NCBI GenBank assembly: GCA_040380225.1 | Contig: JBEIJN010000006.1 | Coordinates: 11,434 to 75,433 of the forward strand | Reading direction: 5' to 3' | DNA length: 64,000 nt | Source of the DNA: Verrucomicrobiia bacterium | Lineage (GTDB): Bacteria > Verrucomicrobiota > Verrucomicrobiia > Chthoniobacterales > UBA6821 | In this document: positions 9,662-20,477 of the stretch, piece by piece | How the letters are laid out: every line of letters begins with the position of its first letter | Numbering within the stretch: the stretch's first letter is position 1 | Translations under genes and position numbers: made by a program | Notes under the pieces: generated by a model | Seen by the model: only the letters and a program-made list of their open reading frames with translations | The model's database searches: none | Told to the model about the DNA's origin: nothing

Positions 9662-10165
9662 ATGCTCCTCACCGCCTTCTGGTTCTTCGCCTCGCTGATG
9701 ATCCTCTTCGGATTGAGCGTCGTGCTGCTCCGTAATCCCGTCTCCTGCGCGATGTCACTGGTGATGTGCTTCATCAGCCTTGCGGCCCTCTTCGTGACCC
9801 TCGATGCCACGTTCATCGGCATCATCCAGGTGCTGGTCTACGCGGGCGCGGTGATGGTTCTTTTCCTCTTCATCATCATGCTTCTCGATCTCCGCACGGA
9901 GAAGTCGCGCCGCCTGAACTTCGGCGCAACCCTGGGCGGGACGCTGGTGGTGGCGGCATTCCTCTCAATCCTTGTCCAGGTCATCAACGCCGACCCCGCC
10001 CTCTCCAAGGCGCTTCCGGCCCTTCCTGCGGCCCAGCCCACGGATGTGAAGATGATTGGCTTCACCCTCTTCCATTCGTTCGCCCTTCCCTTCGAGGTGG
10101 TTGGCGTCCTTCTTCTCTCGGCGACCGTCGGGGTGATCGTCCTCAGCCGCAAGTCTCTCCGATAA
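9662..10165 (+). CDS. nuoJ: NADH-quinone oxidoreductase subunit J
   Basis: QVLVYAGAVMVLFLFIIMLL; LPFEVVGVLLL. Confidence 0.95.
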   Translation: MLLTAFWFFASLMILFGLSVVLLRNPVSCAMSLVMCFISLAALFVTLDATFIGIIQVLVYAGAVMVLFLFIIMLLDLRTEKSRRLNFGATLGGTLVVAAFLSILVQVINADPALSKALPALPAAQPTDVKMIGFTLFHSFALPFEVVGVLLLSATVGVIVLSRKSLR

Positions 10166-10183
10166 ACGAACAGCTTCCACGCC

Positions 10184-10501
10184 ATGCCGACACTCGCCAA
10201 CTACCTGATCGCCAGCGGCCTCCTCTTCGCCATTGGACTCGGCGGCGTGATGCTCCGCCGTAGCATCATCATCATCTTCATGAGCCTTGAGCTGATGCTC
10301 AGCGCCGCGAATCTCTCACTGGTCGCCTTCTCGCGCTACGGGCTTGTCTCGGGTCATCAGAACTTCGACGCGCAGGTTCTCGTCTTCTTCATCATCACCG
10401 TCGCCGCCGCCGAGGTGGCCGTCGGCCTTGCGATCATCGTCTCCCTCTACCGTGCCCGCCAGACGACCCATGTCGAGGATCTCGACACACTGAAATTCTG
10501 A
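10184..10501 (+). CDS. nuoK: NADH-quinone oxidoreductase subunit K
   Basis: [19 protein letters not shown]. Confidence 0.96.
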   Translation: MPTLANYLIASGLLFAIGLGGVMLRRSIIIIFMSLELMLSAANLSLVAFSRYGLVSGHQNFDAQVLVFFIITVAAAEVAVGLAIIVSLYRARQTTHVEDLDTLKF

Positions 10502-10533
10502 CGCCCGCCACGATCGCCCCAACGTTTCCGCCG

Positions 10534-12354
10534 ATGCACCTCTCCACCATTGCCTGGATCACCCTCACGGTTCCGCTTGTCGCCGCCGCCCTGATCCTTC
10601 TGGTCACCCGCACCAGCAAGCCCTTCGCCGCCGGCCTCGCCATCCTCTCCGCGCTGATCACCGGCGTCGGCGGATGGACTCTCTTCCTCGGCGGGGCCGA
10701 GGGGACCTTCCAGGGATTCAACTGGATCGACTTCGACCACGCCTTCTCGATCCCCTTCGCCCTGGCGCTTGATCCCTTGAGCCGCACCATGCTTGTCGTG
10801 GTGACGACCATCGCCCCGATCGTCTTCATCTACTCGCTCGGCTACATGAAGGAGGAAGAAGGATACTGGCGCTACTTCGCCGGCCTCGCTCTCTTCCTCT
10901 TCTCGATGCTCGGCATCGTCCTCGCCGACAACCTGGTGATGATGTTCATCTTCTGGGAGCTAGTCGGCGTGAGTTCCTACATCCTGATCGGCCACTACTT
11001 CCGGAAGGATTCCGCCGCCGACGCCGCAAAGCAGGCCTTCCTGGTCAACAGGATCGGCGACTTCGGCTTCATGCTCGGCATCCTGCTCTTCTGGATCGCG
11101 ACCGGTACGTTCACCTTCGGCGGGATCAACGAATCCTCCGCGGTCTTCATCCAGAACCCGACCCTCCTCGGTATCGCCTGCGTCCTGATCTTCTGCGGAA
11201 CGGTCGGCAAGTCCGCCCAGTTCCCGCTCCATGTCTGGCTTCCGAACTCGATGGAGGGCCCGACCCCGGTCTCCTCCCTCCTCCACGCCGCGACGATGGT
11301 GGCGGCCGGCGTCTACCTGCTGGCCCGCATCTTTCCGATTCTCTCCTCCTCGCCCGGTGCCTGCGAGGTCGTTGCCGTGACCGGCGCGATCACCGCGCTC
11401 GGGGCCGGCATCCTTGCGACCCAGCAGGATGACATCAAGGGGATCCTTGCCTACTCCACCATCTCACAGCTCGGCTACATGGTCGCCGGAGCGGGACTCG
11501 CCGTCTCGGCGGCCCTCCCGATGTTCCATCTCTTCACGCATGCCTTCTTCAAGTGCCTCCTCTTCCTCACGGCCGGTTCCGTGATCCTCGGGATGCACCA
11601 TGAGCAGAACATCTGGCAGATGGGCGGCCTCAAGAACAAGATGCCGGTCACCTTCCTGACCTACTGCTGCGGCATGCTGGCCCTCTCGGGTTGCTTCTTC
11701 TTCAGCGGCCACTACAGCAAGGATCTTATCATGGCCTGCTCTTGGGAGCATCACCGCACGGTCTTCTGGCTGCTGGTGGTCGCCGCGGCGCTCACCCCCT
11801 TCTACATGACCCGTCAGGCGCTGGTCGTCTTCTTCGGCAAGCCCCGTAGCGAGCACGCGAAGAAGGCCCACGAGTCCCCGGCCGTGATGACCATCCCGCT
11901 CGTCCTGCTCGCCATCCCGGCGGTCTGCGCCGGATATCCCTTCGTGGAGCATTTCTTCTTCCACTCGATCGGAACCCTCGCCGAGCCGGAGGTGCCGCAC
12001 TGGGTCGAGATCGTCTTCGGAGCCGCCTTCTTCGTAGGCATCGGCGCCGCGGCGCTCATCTACCGCAACGTCGGCGAGAAGGATCCGATCCGCATCCCCT
12101 TCCTCGAGCATCGCTTCTACATCGACGACCTCTACTTCTGGATCGTCCGCGTCATTCAGGGTGGCATCGCCCGGATCTTCTCCTTCATCGACCGATGGTT
12201 CATCGACGGCATCCTGGTCCGCGGCAGCGCGACGGTCGTCTGGACGCTCGGCTTCGCCCTACGCTTCCTGCAGGTCGGAAACCTCCAGGCCTACGCCTTC
12301 TTCTTCGGAGCGGGCGTTGTCGGACTCATCTACCTCCTCCTCACTGTCAAATAG
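10534..12354 (+). CDS. nuoL: NADH-quinone oxidoreductase subunit L
   Basis: WELVGVSSY, NRIGD, GKSAQFPLHVWLP..MEGPTPVS, HAFFK. Confidence 0.96.
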   Translation: MHLSTIAWITLTVPLVAAALILLVTRTSKPFAAGLAILSALITGVGGWTLFLGGAEGTFQGFNWIDFDHAFSIPFALALDPLSRTMLVVVTTIAPIVFIYSLGYMKEEEGYWRYFAGLALFLFSMLGIVLADNLVMMFIFWELVGVSSYILIGHYFRKDSAADAAKQAFLVNRIGDFGFMLGILLFWIATGTFTFGGINESSAVFIQNPTLLGIACVLIFCGTVGKSAQFPLHVWLPNSMEGPTPVSSLLHAATMVAAGVYLLARIFPILSSSPGACEVVAVTGAITALGAGILATQQDDIKGILAYSTISQLGYMVAGAGLAVSAALPMFHLFTHAFFKCLLFLTAGSVILGMHHEQNIWQMGGLKNKMPVTFLTYCCGMLALSGCFFFSGHYSKDLIMACSWEHHRTVFWLLVVAAALTPFYMTRQALVVFFGKPRSEHAKKAHESPAVMTIPLVLLAIPAVCAGYPFVEHFFFHSIGTLAEPEVPHWVEIVFGAAFFVGIGAAALIYRNVGEKDPIRIPFLEHRFYIDDLYFWIVRVIQGGIARIFSFIDRWFIDGILVRGSATVVWTLGFALRFLQVGNLQAYAFFFGAGVVGLIYLLLTVK

Positions 12355-12372
12355 CACCATCCCTTTCCTGAC

Positions 12373-13818
12373 ATGAGCCTTCTCCTGATCCTCACGATCC
12401 TTCTGCCGCTTGCGGCATCCCTCCTCATCATGGTGGGGGCGGACCCACGTCGCACCGCGCTCGGTGCCGCCGTTGCCAACCTCGCCGCATCCCTCGTCCT
12501 CTTCTTCGCATACGACAGGATTGATGGCGGATGGCAGTTCCTCTCCGAGTGGAAGATCCTTCCCAAGCTCGGCATCAACATGACCCTCGGAGCCGACGGT
12601 CTCACCCTGACGATGCTCCTGCTTGCCACGCTCGTGACGGTCTCCGCCCTCTGGGTTGCCCCCAAGGTCGGCAAGCACGAGGGCCTCTACTACATCTCCC
12701 TCCTCTTCATCTCGGCGGGGGTGATCGGGGCATTTGCCTCGCTCGATGTCCTCTTCCTTTACTCCTTCCACGAACTTGCCCTCATCCCGACCTTCCTCAT
12801 GATCGGCATCTGGGGATCGGGTGACCGCCAGGCCGCCGCTTGGAAGGCGACCATCTACCTCGGTCTCGGAAGCTTCGTCCTGCTGATCGGATTGATCGCC
12901 CTCTACCTCAGTATCCCGGCGGGACACCGGACCCTCGACCTGCGCGAACTCGACCAGATGGCCGCAACGGGTGCCTTCCATCCCTCCGCTTGGATCTACC
13001 TGATTCTGCTCGTCGGTTTCGGGTCGCTGGTCTCGCTCTTCCCGTTCCACTCCTGGGCGCCCCCGGCCTACGCCTGTGCCCCCGCCCCCGCGGCCATGCT
13101 CCACGCCGGCGTTCTCAAGAAGTTCGGTCTCTACGGCCTGATCCGCATCGCCCTTCCGATCTTCCCCGAGGCGATGCACGAACTCAACGGCCTGCTTCTT
13201 CTCCTCGTGGTCGGAAACATCCTCTACATAGGATATGTAACCGTCTCTCAGAAACGGCTCGACTGGACCGTCGGCTACTCGAGCGTCATGCACATGGGGT
13301 ATATCTTCCTTGGTCTGGCAGCGCTGAACCTGATCGGCATCAACGGCGCGGCCCTCCTGATGTTCGCCCACGGCCTCTCGGTGGCCGCGGCCTTCGCCCT
13401 CTGCGGCGAAATCCGCAGCCGCACGGGAACCCTCGACTATGCGGAACTCGGTGGTCTCGCCAAGGCCACGCCTGTCCTCGGGCTCCTCTTCGGCTTTGCC
13501 GCCATGGCCTCGGTCGGTCTGCCCGGATTCGCCAACTTCGCCGGGGAAATCCTCGTCTTTTTCGGCGCCACGGCTTACGGCCCCGCGATGATCATCCCTG
13601 TGATCGTCGGAGTCTGGGGTGTCGTGATCTCGGCGATCTACATGCTCCGCGCCTACCGCAACATCTTCTGGGGTCCCATCGCGCAGCGTTGGGAGGGCCT
13701 CGCCGACATCGGCACGGGAGCCAAGTGGAGCGTCATCCTCCTGCTCGTGCCACTCATGATCGCCGGATTCTATCCCCAGCTCATCCTGAAGATGGTTGGC
13801 ACCGCCCTTCCCCGATAA
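12373..13818 (+). CDS. nuoM: NADH-quinone oxidoreductase subunit M
   Basis: PFHSWAPPAY, LKKFGLYG, YSSVMHMG, GLPGFANFAGE. Confidence 0.95.
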   Translation: MSLLLILTILLPLAASLLIMVGADPRRTALGAAVANLAASLVLFFAYDRIDGGWQFLSEWKILPKLGINMTLGADGLTLTMLLLATLVTVSALWVAPKVGKHEGLYYISLLFISAGVIGAFASLDVLFLYSFHELALIPTFLMIGIWGSGDRQAAAWKATIYLGLGSFVLLIGLIALYLSIPAGHRTLDLRELDQMAATGAFHPSAWIYLILLVGFGSLVSLFPFHSWAPPAYACAPAPAAMLHAGVLKKFGLYGLIRIALPIFPEAMHELNGLLLLLVVGNILYIGYVTVSQKRLDWTVGYSSVMHMGYIFLGLAALNLIGINGAALLMFAHGLSVAAAFALCGEIRSRTGTLDYAELGGLAKATPVLGLLFGFAAMASVGLPGFANFAGEILVFFGATAYGPAMIIPVIVGVWGVVISAIYMLRAYRNIFWGPIAQRWEGLADIGTGAKWSVILLLVPLMIAGFYPQLILKMVGTALPR

Positions 13819-13842
13819 CAGCCACCCGTTGACCTGCTTCCC

Positions 13843-15285
13843 GTGAATACGCTTCTCCTCGAAATCGCAGTCGTCGTCCTAGGCATCGTGCTCCTCCTTG
13901 TGGAGGCCTACTCGAACCGCGCCAACAAGAACTACCTTGCCTACACCGGTGCGGCCGGCCTCTTCGGCGTGCTCGTCCTGAGCTTCTTCCCGATGCACGC
14001 CCCGGCAGCGGGATCCCCCTCGGCCGCCTTCATCACCCACGATGTCCTCTCGGTATTCTTCGTCCGCTTCACCCTGATCGCCACGATCGTGACCCTGCTC
14101 ATGATCCCGGGCTACCGGCCCGTGCTGGAGCGTTACCTTCCCGCCGAGCGTGCGGGCGGAGGTGTCGGCGAGTTCGCCATCCTTCCCCTCTTCGTCTGCG
14201 CCGGGTTGATGTGGATGGTCTCCTCCATCGACTTTATCATGATCTTTGTCTCGCTGGAGCTCGCGACGATCACCCTCTACATCCTGGCGACCTACCTCCG
14301 GCAGAACACAGCCTCGCTGGAGGCTGGCACCAAGTTCCTGATCCTTGGGGCCCTCTCCACGGGATTCATCGTCTACGGCATCTCCTGGATCTTCGGGACG
14401 ACCGGCACCACCAATCTGCTCGCCCTTCCCGCCGCCATCCAGGGGCTTCCCGAGAGCGCGCTCATGCCCCTGCTCTTCGGGATCGCGATGGTCCTCGTGG
14501 CCTTGAGCTTCAAGATCTCCGCCTTCCCGTTCCAGTTCTGGGTTCCCGATGTCTATCAGGGTGCCCCGACGCCGGTGACTTCCTTTCTCTCCGTTGCCTC
14601 GAAGGCGGCGGGTTTTGTCGTCCTCATCCGCCTGCTGGTTGTCCTTGGCACGGTTCCCGTGATCTCGCACAAGCTCCATGCGGTGATCACCCTGCTGGCG
14701 GCCCTGACCCTGATATTCGGCAACTTCGCCGCGATCCCGCAGACCAACATGAAGCGCCTGCTCGGATATTCGAGCGTCGCCCACGCCGGTTACCTGCTCA
14801 TGGCGGTGGCCAGTCTCGGCTCGAAGATGGCGATCCCCGTCATCGGATTCTACCTCGCCGGTTATCTGGCGATGACGATGCTGGCCTTCGTGGTCCTGAC
14901 CGTCGTCTCCGAGGTGACGGGTGGCGACGAGATCTCCCGCTTCAACGGCCTGGGCCGCCGTTCCCCGCTCCTCGCGGGCGCCATGCTGCTTGCCAGCGCC
15001 TCCCTGGCCGGCATTCCTTTCACCGCGGGATTCATCGGCAAGTTACTCATCTTCGAGGTCGCCATCAATCAGGGCCACTACGGGCTCGTGGCACTCGGTT
15101 GCGTCACCGTTGCCGCCGGCTTCTACTACTACTTCAAGGTGATCCGCGCCATGTACTGGCAGCAACCCGCCGAGGAGACGCCAATCCGCGTCACCTTCAC
15201 GGTGAAGCTCCTCATTGCGGTGCTCGGAGCCGGAATCCTCGCCTTCGGCATCTACCCGGCGCCGCTCCTTTCCGCGCTGCGCTGA
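13843..15285 (+). CDS. nuoN: NADH-quinone oxidoreductase subunit N
   Basis: FKISAFPFQFWVPDVYQGAPTP, KRLLGYSSVAHAGY, GIPFTAGF.GK. Confidence 0.95.
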   Translation: MNTLLLEIAVVVLGIVLLLVEAYSNRANKNYLAYTGAAGLFGVLVLSFFPMHAPAAGSPSAAFITHDVLSVFFVRFTLIATIVTLLMIPGYRPVLERYLPAERAGGGVGEFAILPLFVCAGLMWMVSSIDFIMIFVSLELATITLYILATYLRQNTASLEAGTKFLILGALSTGFIVYGISWIFGTTGTTNLLALPAAIQGLPESALMPLLFGIAMVLVALSFKISAFPFQFWVPDVYQGAPTPVTSFLSVASKAAGFVVLIRLLVVLGTVPVISHKLHAVITLLAALTLIFGNFAAIPQTNMKRLLGYSSVAHAGYLLMAVASLGSKMAIPVIGFYLAGYLAMTMLAFVVLTVVSEVTGGDEISRFNGLGRRSPLLAGAMLLASASLAGIPFTAGFIGKLLIFEVAINQGHYGLVALGCVTVAAGFYYYFKVIRAMYWQQPAEETPIRVTFTVKLLIAVLGAGILAFGIYPAPLLSALR

Positions 15286-15299
15286 TCCGCTGATTTCCC

Positions 15300-16262
15300 A
15301 TGCCGGCTCTCGACAAGCCTCTGGCCGAACTGGAGAAGTACCTGGGGATCAATCCCCGGCCCGGGGATTTCGACGACTACTGGGCTGCTGCCCTGCGCGA
15401 ACTCGACGCGACGGATCCAGAGCCCGAACTCGTTCCAAGCTCGGAGATCGATCCGCCCCATGCCGAGGTCTTTGATCTCTGGTTCCGCGGTGTGGGAGGG
15501 GCCCGGATTCATGCCAAGTATGCCCGTCCTAAAAAGAGCACGGGAGCCATCCCTGCTCTACTTCAGTTCCACGGCTATGCCGGAAACAGCGGCGACTGGC
15601 ATGACAAGCTGGCATGGACGGGGCAGGGGATTGCGATGGCCGCGATGGACTGCCGCGGGCAGGGCGGGCAGAGCGAGGACAACACTCCCGTGCGGGGGAA
15701 CACCCTCAACGGCCATTTCATCCGGGGACTCGACGATGCTCCGGATAAACTGCTCTTCCGCAGCATCTTCCTCGATACCGTGCAACTCGCACGGGTCGTG
15801 ATGTCATTCCCGGAAATCGATCCCGCGCGCATCGGCACGACCGGAGGCTCGCAGGGTGGCGCCCTCTCGATCGCCTGCGCCGCCCTGGAACCCCGCATCA
15901 GCCGCTGCGTCTCGATCTACCCCTTCCTCTCCGACTACCAAAGGGTCTGGGAAATGGATCTGGCCAAGGACGCCTATGCCGAACTCAGGGCCTTCTTCCG
16001 TCAAGTTGATCCGCGACACGAGCGGAAGGAGGAGATCTTCACGCGCCTCGGCTACATCGACGTGCAGCACCTCGCCCCCCGCATCGGGGCGAAGGTCCTC
16101 ATGGCCCTCTCGCTGATGGATAACATCTGCCCTCCCTCGACCCAGTTCGCCGTCTACAACGCGATCCGCAGTCCCAAGGAAGCTGTGATCTATCCCGATT
16201 TCGGACACGAGGGGTTGCCCGGATTCGGCGATCGAGCCTTCAATTTTCTGCTCGGACTCTGA
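15300..16262 (+). CDS. Acetylxylan esterase / cephalosporin-C deacetylase (CE7)
   Basis: P.DFDDYW, FHGY, RGQ, GGSQGG nucleophile, CPPSTQFA.YN, GHE. Confidence 0.9.
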   Translation: MPALDKPLAELEKYLGINPRPGDFDDYWAAALRELDATDPEPELVPSSEIDPPHAEVFDLWFRGVGGARIHAKYARPKKSTGAIPALLQFHGYAGNSGDWHDKLAWTGQGIAMAAMDCRGQGGQSEDNTPVRGNTLNGHFIRGLDDAPDKLLFRSIFLDTVQLARVVMSFPEIDPARIGTTGGSQGGALSIACAALEPRISRCVSIYPFLSDYQRVWEMDLAKDAYAELRAFFRQVDPRHERKEEIFTRLGYIDVQHLAPRIGAKVLMALSLMDNICPPSTQFAVYNAIRSPKEAVIYPDFGHEGLPGFGDRAFNFLLGL

Positions 16263-16264
16263 GT

Positions 16265-17392
16265 ATGCCGCACGATGCGGCAAAGGAAGAGGGCGTCGCG
16301 GGAACGGCTCCGCAGGTCGTGCTCCGAGGCATCAGGCTCGCCGGATTCCGCTGTTTCGAGTCACTGGAATACGAACCGGGGCCCCGTCTCAGTTTCCTGA
16401 CCGGGCAGAACGCCCGGGGGAAGACCTCCATCCTGGAGGCGGTCTGCATGCTGCTGCGGCTCCGTTCGCCCAGAACTTCCGAAAACCGGGAGATGGTCCG
16501 CTTCGGCGGGAGTGCCTTCGCACTGGAGGGTTTGGTCGAGGCCCGGGCCCATAAGGCAGCTACCCGTCTCTCCTTCACCTGCACTCCTCCTTCCCGCATC
16601 CTCAAACTGGATGGAGTGCCCCAGTCCTCCACGGCGGATTATCTGTCGCAGGGAAGGATTGTCTGGTTCGGCAGTGAGGATCTCTCACTGGTCAACGGCA
16701 CTGCGGAACGCCGCAGGAAGCTCCTCGACAGCGCCGGCCTTCAACTCGGGGGGTCGGGACTCGGGGCGACCTACGGGCGCGACCTGAAGAGCTACGAACG
16801 GGCGCTCCGATCACGGAATCTCCTGCTGCGTGAAGGAAAGACGCGTGCCCAGATCGAGGCCTACGACATTCCCCTGTCTGAGAGCGGGGAGAGGCTCATC
16901 ATGGCTCGTCGCCGTTTAGTGGAAGCGCTGGCGCACCTTGCCGCTTCGGCTTGTGCCTCGATCTCGGCGGAGAAACTCGAGCTCTCCTACGCCCCCGGTG
17001 CCGGCCTCCCGATGCGGGAGGCTCTCGAGGCCAGCCGCTCCGAGGAGATCCGTCTTCGACAGACAAGGGTGGGACCTCAAAGGGATGATGTCGCCATCCA
17101 ACTCAACGGCATCCCTGCGGGATCTTTCGCCTCCGAGGGTCAGCGCCGCACGGTGGCCCTCGCCCTCAAGTTGGCGGTTGCCGACCTCCTGACCAGGGAG
17201 AACGGAGCCGCTCCGCTTTTGCTTCTCGACGATATCTTCGGCGAACTCGACCCATCCAGGCGAGATGCCCTGCTCGCGGGGATGCCCGCCGATTCCCAGG
17301 CCCTCCTGACCACGGCGGATCTTGCAGGCATCACCCTGCCCTCCGGTTCCGTGGTGCACCGTCTGGAAGAGGGAGGACTCCGTCCCGGTTAA
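16265..17392 (+). CDS. recF: DNA replication and repair protein RecF
   Basis: GQNARGKTS Walker A, GPQRDD, SEGQRR, LLLLDDIFGELD. Confidence 0.9.
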   Translation: MPHDAAKEEGVAGTAPQVVLRGIRLAGFRCFESLEYEPGPRLSFLTGQNARGKTSILEAVCMLLRLRSPRTSENREMVRFGGSAFALEGLVEARAHKAATRLSFTCTPPSRILKLDGVPQSSTADYLSQGRIVWFGSEDLSLVNGTAERRRKLLDSAGLQLGGSGLGATYGRDLKSYERALRSRNLLLREGKTRAQIEAYDIPLSESGERLIMARRRLVEALAHLAASACASISAEKLELSYAPGAGLPMREALEASRSEEIRLRQTRVGPQRDDVAIQLNGIPAGSFASEGQRRTVALALKLAVADLLTRENGAAPLLLLDDIFGELDPSRRDALLAGMPADSQALLTTADLAGITLPSGSVVHRLEEGGLRPG

Positions 17393-17486
17393 AGAGTGGA
17401 AAGGTTTGCCGGTCCCGCCGTGCCGGATGACCGCCCGTCATAGATCCTTTCCTCGGGGGCTTTTTTGACGTACCCAAGGAGTAGGC

Positions 17487-19283
17487 ATGTCGATCTATCT
17501 CCGCACGCTCCGCTACTTCCGGGCTTTCACAGGCCAGACCCTGCTTGCGGTGGCTCTGATGACCATAGGCATCGGCTTCAATCTCCTGAAGCCGTGGCCA
17601 TTCAAGTACATCGTCGACGGGGTCCTTGACACCTCGCATGGGACGGCCGAGGCGCGTGCTTTCGTGAAGCAATGGTTCGGGTGGACCGACGGATACGGGG
17701 CTGTGATCGCTCTCTGCGTCGCCATGGCCGCGATCGCCCTGCTCTCCGGCCTGGTGAATCTCCTCTCCAACGTCCTGCTGATCCGCATCGGACTGAAGGC
17801 GCTGCTTCATCTCCGCACCCAGCTCTACACCTGCCTGCAGGCTCTTCCGCTGCAGTTCCACGATGCCCGGCGCAGCAGCGACTCCTCCTTCCGCGTCGCC
17901 TACGATTCGCAGTCGATCCAGACGATCTACAACAAGGGCTTCGCCACGATCTTCGGCGCCGTGGTCACGCTCGTGAGCGCGCTGGTGATCATGCTGCGGA
18001 TGAACTGGCAACTGACCGTGGTCTCCCTCGCGGTGCTTCCCCCGGTGGTCTGGTCGATCCGCTACTACGGTGACCGGATCCGCCGGGAATCGACGACGAT
18101 CCAGGAGAGGGAGAGCGACCTGCTCGCCACCGTACAGGAGGGGCTCGGATCGATCCGCATGGTGCAGGCCTTCGGCCGCGAATCCCACGAGGTGCAGCAG
18201 TTCCTTGCCCACGCGACGCGCAGCCTCGAGGCGAACTTCCGGCTGAACATGACCTCCAGCCGTAGCGCTCTCGTGGTCGGAACGCTCATGGCGCTGGGAT
18301 CCGCGGTCATGTACGGGGCCGGATCGCTGCAGGTGCTGAAAGCCAACCTCAGCCTCGGCGACATGCTGGTCTTCGTCGCCTACCTGGCAACCCTGTACCA
18401 ACCGATCGAACAACTGACCTACACCGCATGGGCCCTGGAGGGGGCGGCCGCAGGAGCGCAGCGCTGCTTCGAGGTACTCGACCGCGAGGAGGAGACGAAG
18501 GATTCCCCCGGTGCCGTTCCCCTCGGTGTCGCCAAGGGGGGGATCACCTTCGCAGGGGTCGCCTTCAATTACGACCCCAAGGCACCCGTGCTTGCCGGTG
18601 TCGACCTCGTGATTGCTCCCGGAGAAACGGTCGCCTTTGTCGGGGGAACCGGCGCGGGCAAGAGCACGCTGCTCTCCTTGGTTCCGCGTTTCTACGATCC
18701 CACGGCGGGCGTGGTCCGCATCGACGGGCATGATCTCAAGTCACTGACCAAGGCCTCGCTCCGTTCCCAGATCGGCATGGTCCTTCAGGACACCCTGCTC
18801 TTCTCCACCAGCATCCGGGAGAACATCGCCTACGGTCGCGAGGGGGCGACGGAGGCCGAGATCATCGAGGCGGCGAAGCGGGCGCAGGCTTACGATTTCA
18901 TCATGGCCCAGCCGCAGGGCTTCGACACGCCTGTCGGGGAGAGGGGAGGGCATCTCAGCGTCGGCCAGCGCCAGCGCATCGGGATCGCCCGGGCCTTCCT
19001 CAAGAACGCCCCGATCCTCCTCCTTGATGAGCCGACTTCCGCGCTCGATCCCTCCACGGAGAAGGCGATCATGGAGACGATCGCTGAACTGATGCGTGGC
19101 CGCACCACGCTGATCATCACCCATCGGCTCTCGACGGTGCATCATCTCGGCCGCGTGGTTCTGCTGGAGCACGGACGCATTGCCGAGCAGGGGACCGGGC
19201 CCGAGCTTCTCGCCGCGGGTGGATCCTACGCGAAGCTTTATCACGCAGCCGGCCACCACGCCGGAGAGAAGAAAGAATCATGA
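17487..19283 (+). CDS. ABC exporter, fused permease/ATPase (MsbA-like)
   Basis: N-terminal TM domain (PWPFKYIVD), GGTGAGKST, LSVGQRQR, ILLLDEPTS. Confidence 0.93.
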   Translation: MSIYLRTLRYFRAFTGQTLLAVALMTIGIGFNLLKPWPFKYIVDGVLDTSHGTAEARAFVKQWFGWTDGYGAVIALCVAMAAIALLSGLVNLLSNVLLIRIGLKALLHLRTQLYTCLQALPLQFHDARRSSDSSFRVAYDSQSIQTIYNKGFATIFGAVVTLVSALVIMLRMNWQLTVVSLAVLPPVVWSIRYYGDRIRRESTTIQERESDLLATVQEGLGSIRMVQAFGRESHEVQQFLAHATRSLEANFRLNMTSSRSALVVGTLMALGSAVMYGAGSLQVLKANLSLGDMLVFVAYLATLYQPIEQLTYTAWALEGAAAGAQRCFEVLDREEETKDSPGAVPLGVAKGGITFAGVAFNYDPKAPVLAGVDLVIAPGETVAFVGGTGAGKSTLLSLVPRFYDPTAGVVRIDGHDLKSLTKASLRSQIGMVLQDTLLFSTSIRENIAYGREGATEAEIIEAAKRAQAYDFIMAQPQGFDTPVGERGGHLSVGQRQRIGIARAFLKNAPILLLDEPTSALDPSTEKAIMETIAELMRGRTTLIITHRLSTVHHLGRVVLLEHGRIAEQGTGPELLAAGGSYAKLYHAAGHHAGEKKES

Positions 19284-20461
19284 AACGCAAAAAAATCATC
19301 GTGCTTGGATTCATGGGTGGCATGCCCATCGCCGGAGTCATCTGGCAGCACATCCATTACATCGTCGGCCTGCAGCGGCTGGGCCACGAGGTTTACTACG
19401 TCGAGGACACGCTGAACTACCCGTACGATCCGGTCGCTTTCAATGTCTCCGACGATTGCTCCTACGCCGCTCAGACGCTGGGACGACTGGCCGAGGAGCA
19501 CGGCTTCCAGGGACGCTGGGCCTACTGCGCCCGCTACAAGGATCCGATGGAGAGCGCCGGAATGTCGCTTTCCCAACTCAAGACCCTCTACAGGGAGGCC
19601 GACTGCGCCCTGAATATCTGCGGGTCACACGACATGAACGACGATCTTCGTTCGATCCGGCATCTGATCTACGTCGAGAGTGATCCCGGGGTGGAGCAGA
19701 TCAAGATCGACAAGGATGATTCCGCCACCATCGATTATCTCAAGGAGCACCGGCACCTCTTCACCTTCGGCGAGAATATCGGCACACCTGCCTTCGCCGT
19801 TCCCACCCACGGATTCAACTGGCTTCCGACCCGTCAACCCGTGGTCACCGATCTCTGGTGCCCCACGGCCGAGGCGCCCGCGCCCGATCCCGCCGCCCTG
19901 TTCACGACGATCTGCAACTGGTCGACCAGCGGCAAGAAGGATATCGAATGGCGCGGCTCGAATTACCTCTGGAGCAAGTCGCTGGAGTTTCTCCGGTTCG
20001 TGGAGGCGCCGAAGCGTTCCGGGGAGTCGTTCGAGATGGCGACCGACATCAAGAAGGAGGAGGAAAGGGCTCTCTTCGAGAAGAACGATTGGAAGCTCGT
20101 CCTTCCGCACGACCTGAGTGTGGATTGGAACGGCTACCGCGACTACATCCGCAACTCCAGGGGAGAGTTCACCTGCGCGAAGGACCAGTACATCCGTCTG
20201 GACACAGGTTGGTTCAGCGACCGCACCGCATGCTACCTCGCGGCCGGTCGTCCGGTGATCACGCAGGAGACCGGATTTACTTCCCACTACGGAGGGAAGG
20301 AGGGGCTCCTCTCCTTCTCCAGCATGGAGGAGATCGTCAATGCCGTTGCCTCGATCCGCGCCGACTACAAAAAGCACAGCCGCGCCGCGCTTGCGATCGC
20401 GCGCGAGGTCTTCGAGGCGGAGAAAGTACTCAAGTCCCTCTTGGATCGAGCGGGAGTCTGA
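19280..20461 (+). CDS. Uncharacterised glycosyltransferase-like (GT-B) protein
   Basis: GLQRLGHEVYYVE N-terminus; GWFSDRTACYLAAGRPVITQETGF; ATGA-coupled to the ABC gene. Confidence 0.7.
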   Translation: MKRKKIIVLGFMGGMPIAGVIWQHIHYIVGLQRLGHEVYYVEDTLNYPYDPVAFNVSDDCSYAAQTLGRLAEEHGFQGRWAYCARYKDPMESAGMSLSQLKTLYREADCALNICGSHDMNDDLRSIRHLIYVESDPGVEQIKIDKDDSATIDYLKEHRHLFTFGENIGTPAFAVPTHGFNWLPTRQPVVTDLWCPTAEAPAPDPAALFTTICNWSTSGKKDIEWRGSNYLWSKSLEFLRFVEAPKRSGESFEMATDIKKEEERALFEKNDWKLVLPHDLSVDWNGYRDYIRNSRGEFTCAKDQYIRLDTGWFSDRTACYLAAGRPVITQETGFTSHYGGKEGLLSFSSMEEIVNAVASIRADYKKHSRAALAIAREVFEAEKVLKSLLDRAGV

Positions 20462-20477
20462 AGAAAAGCGGGCACTG

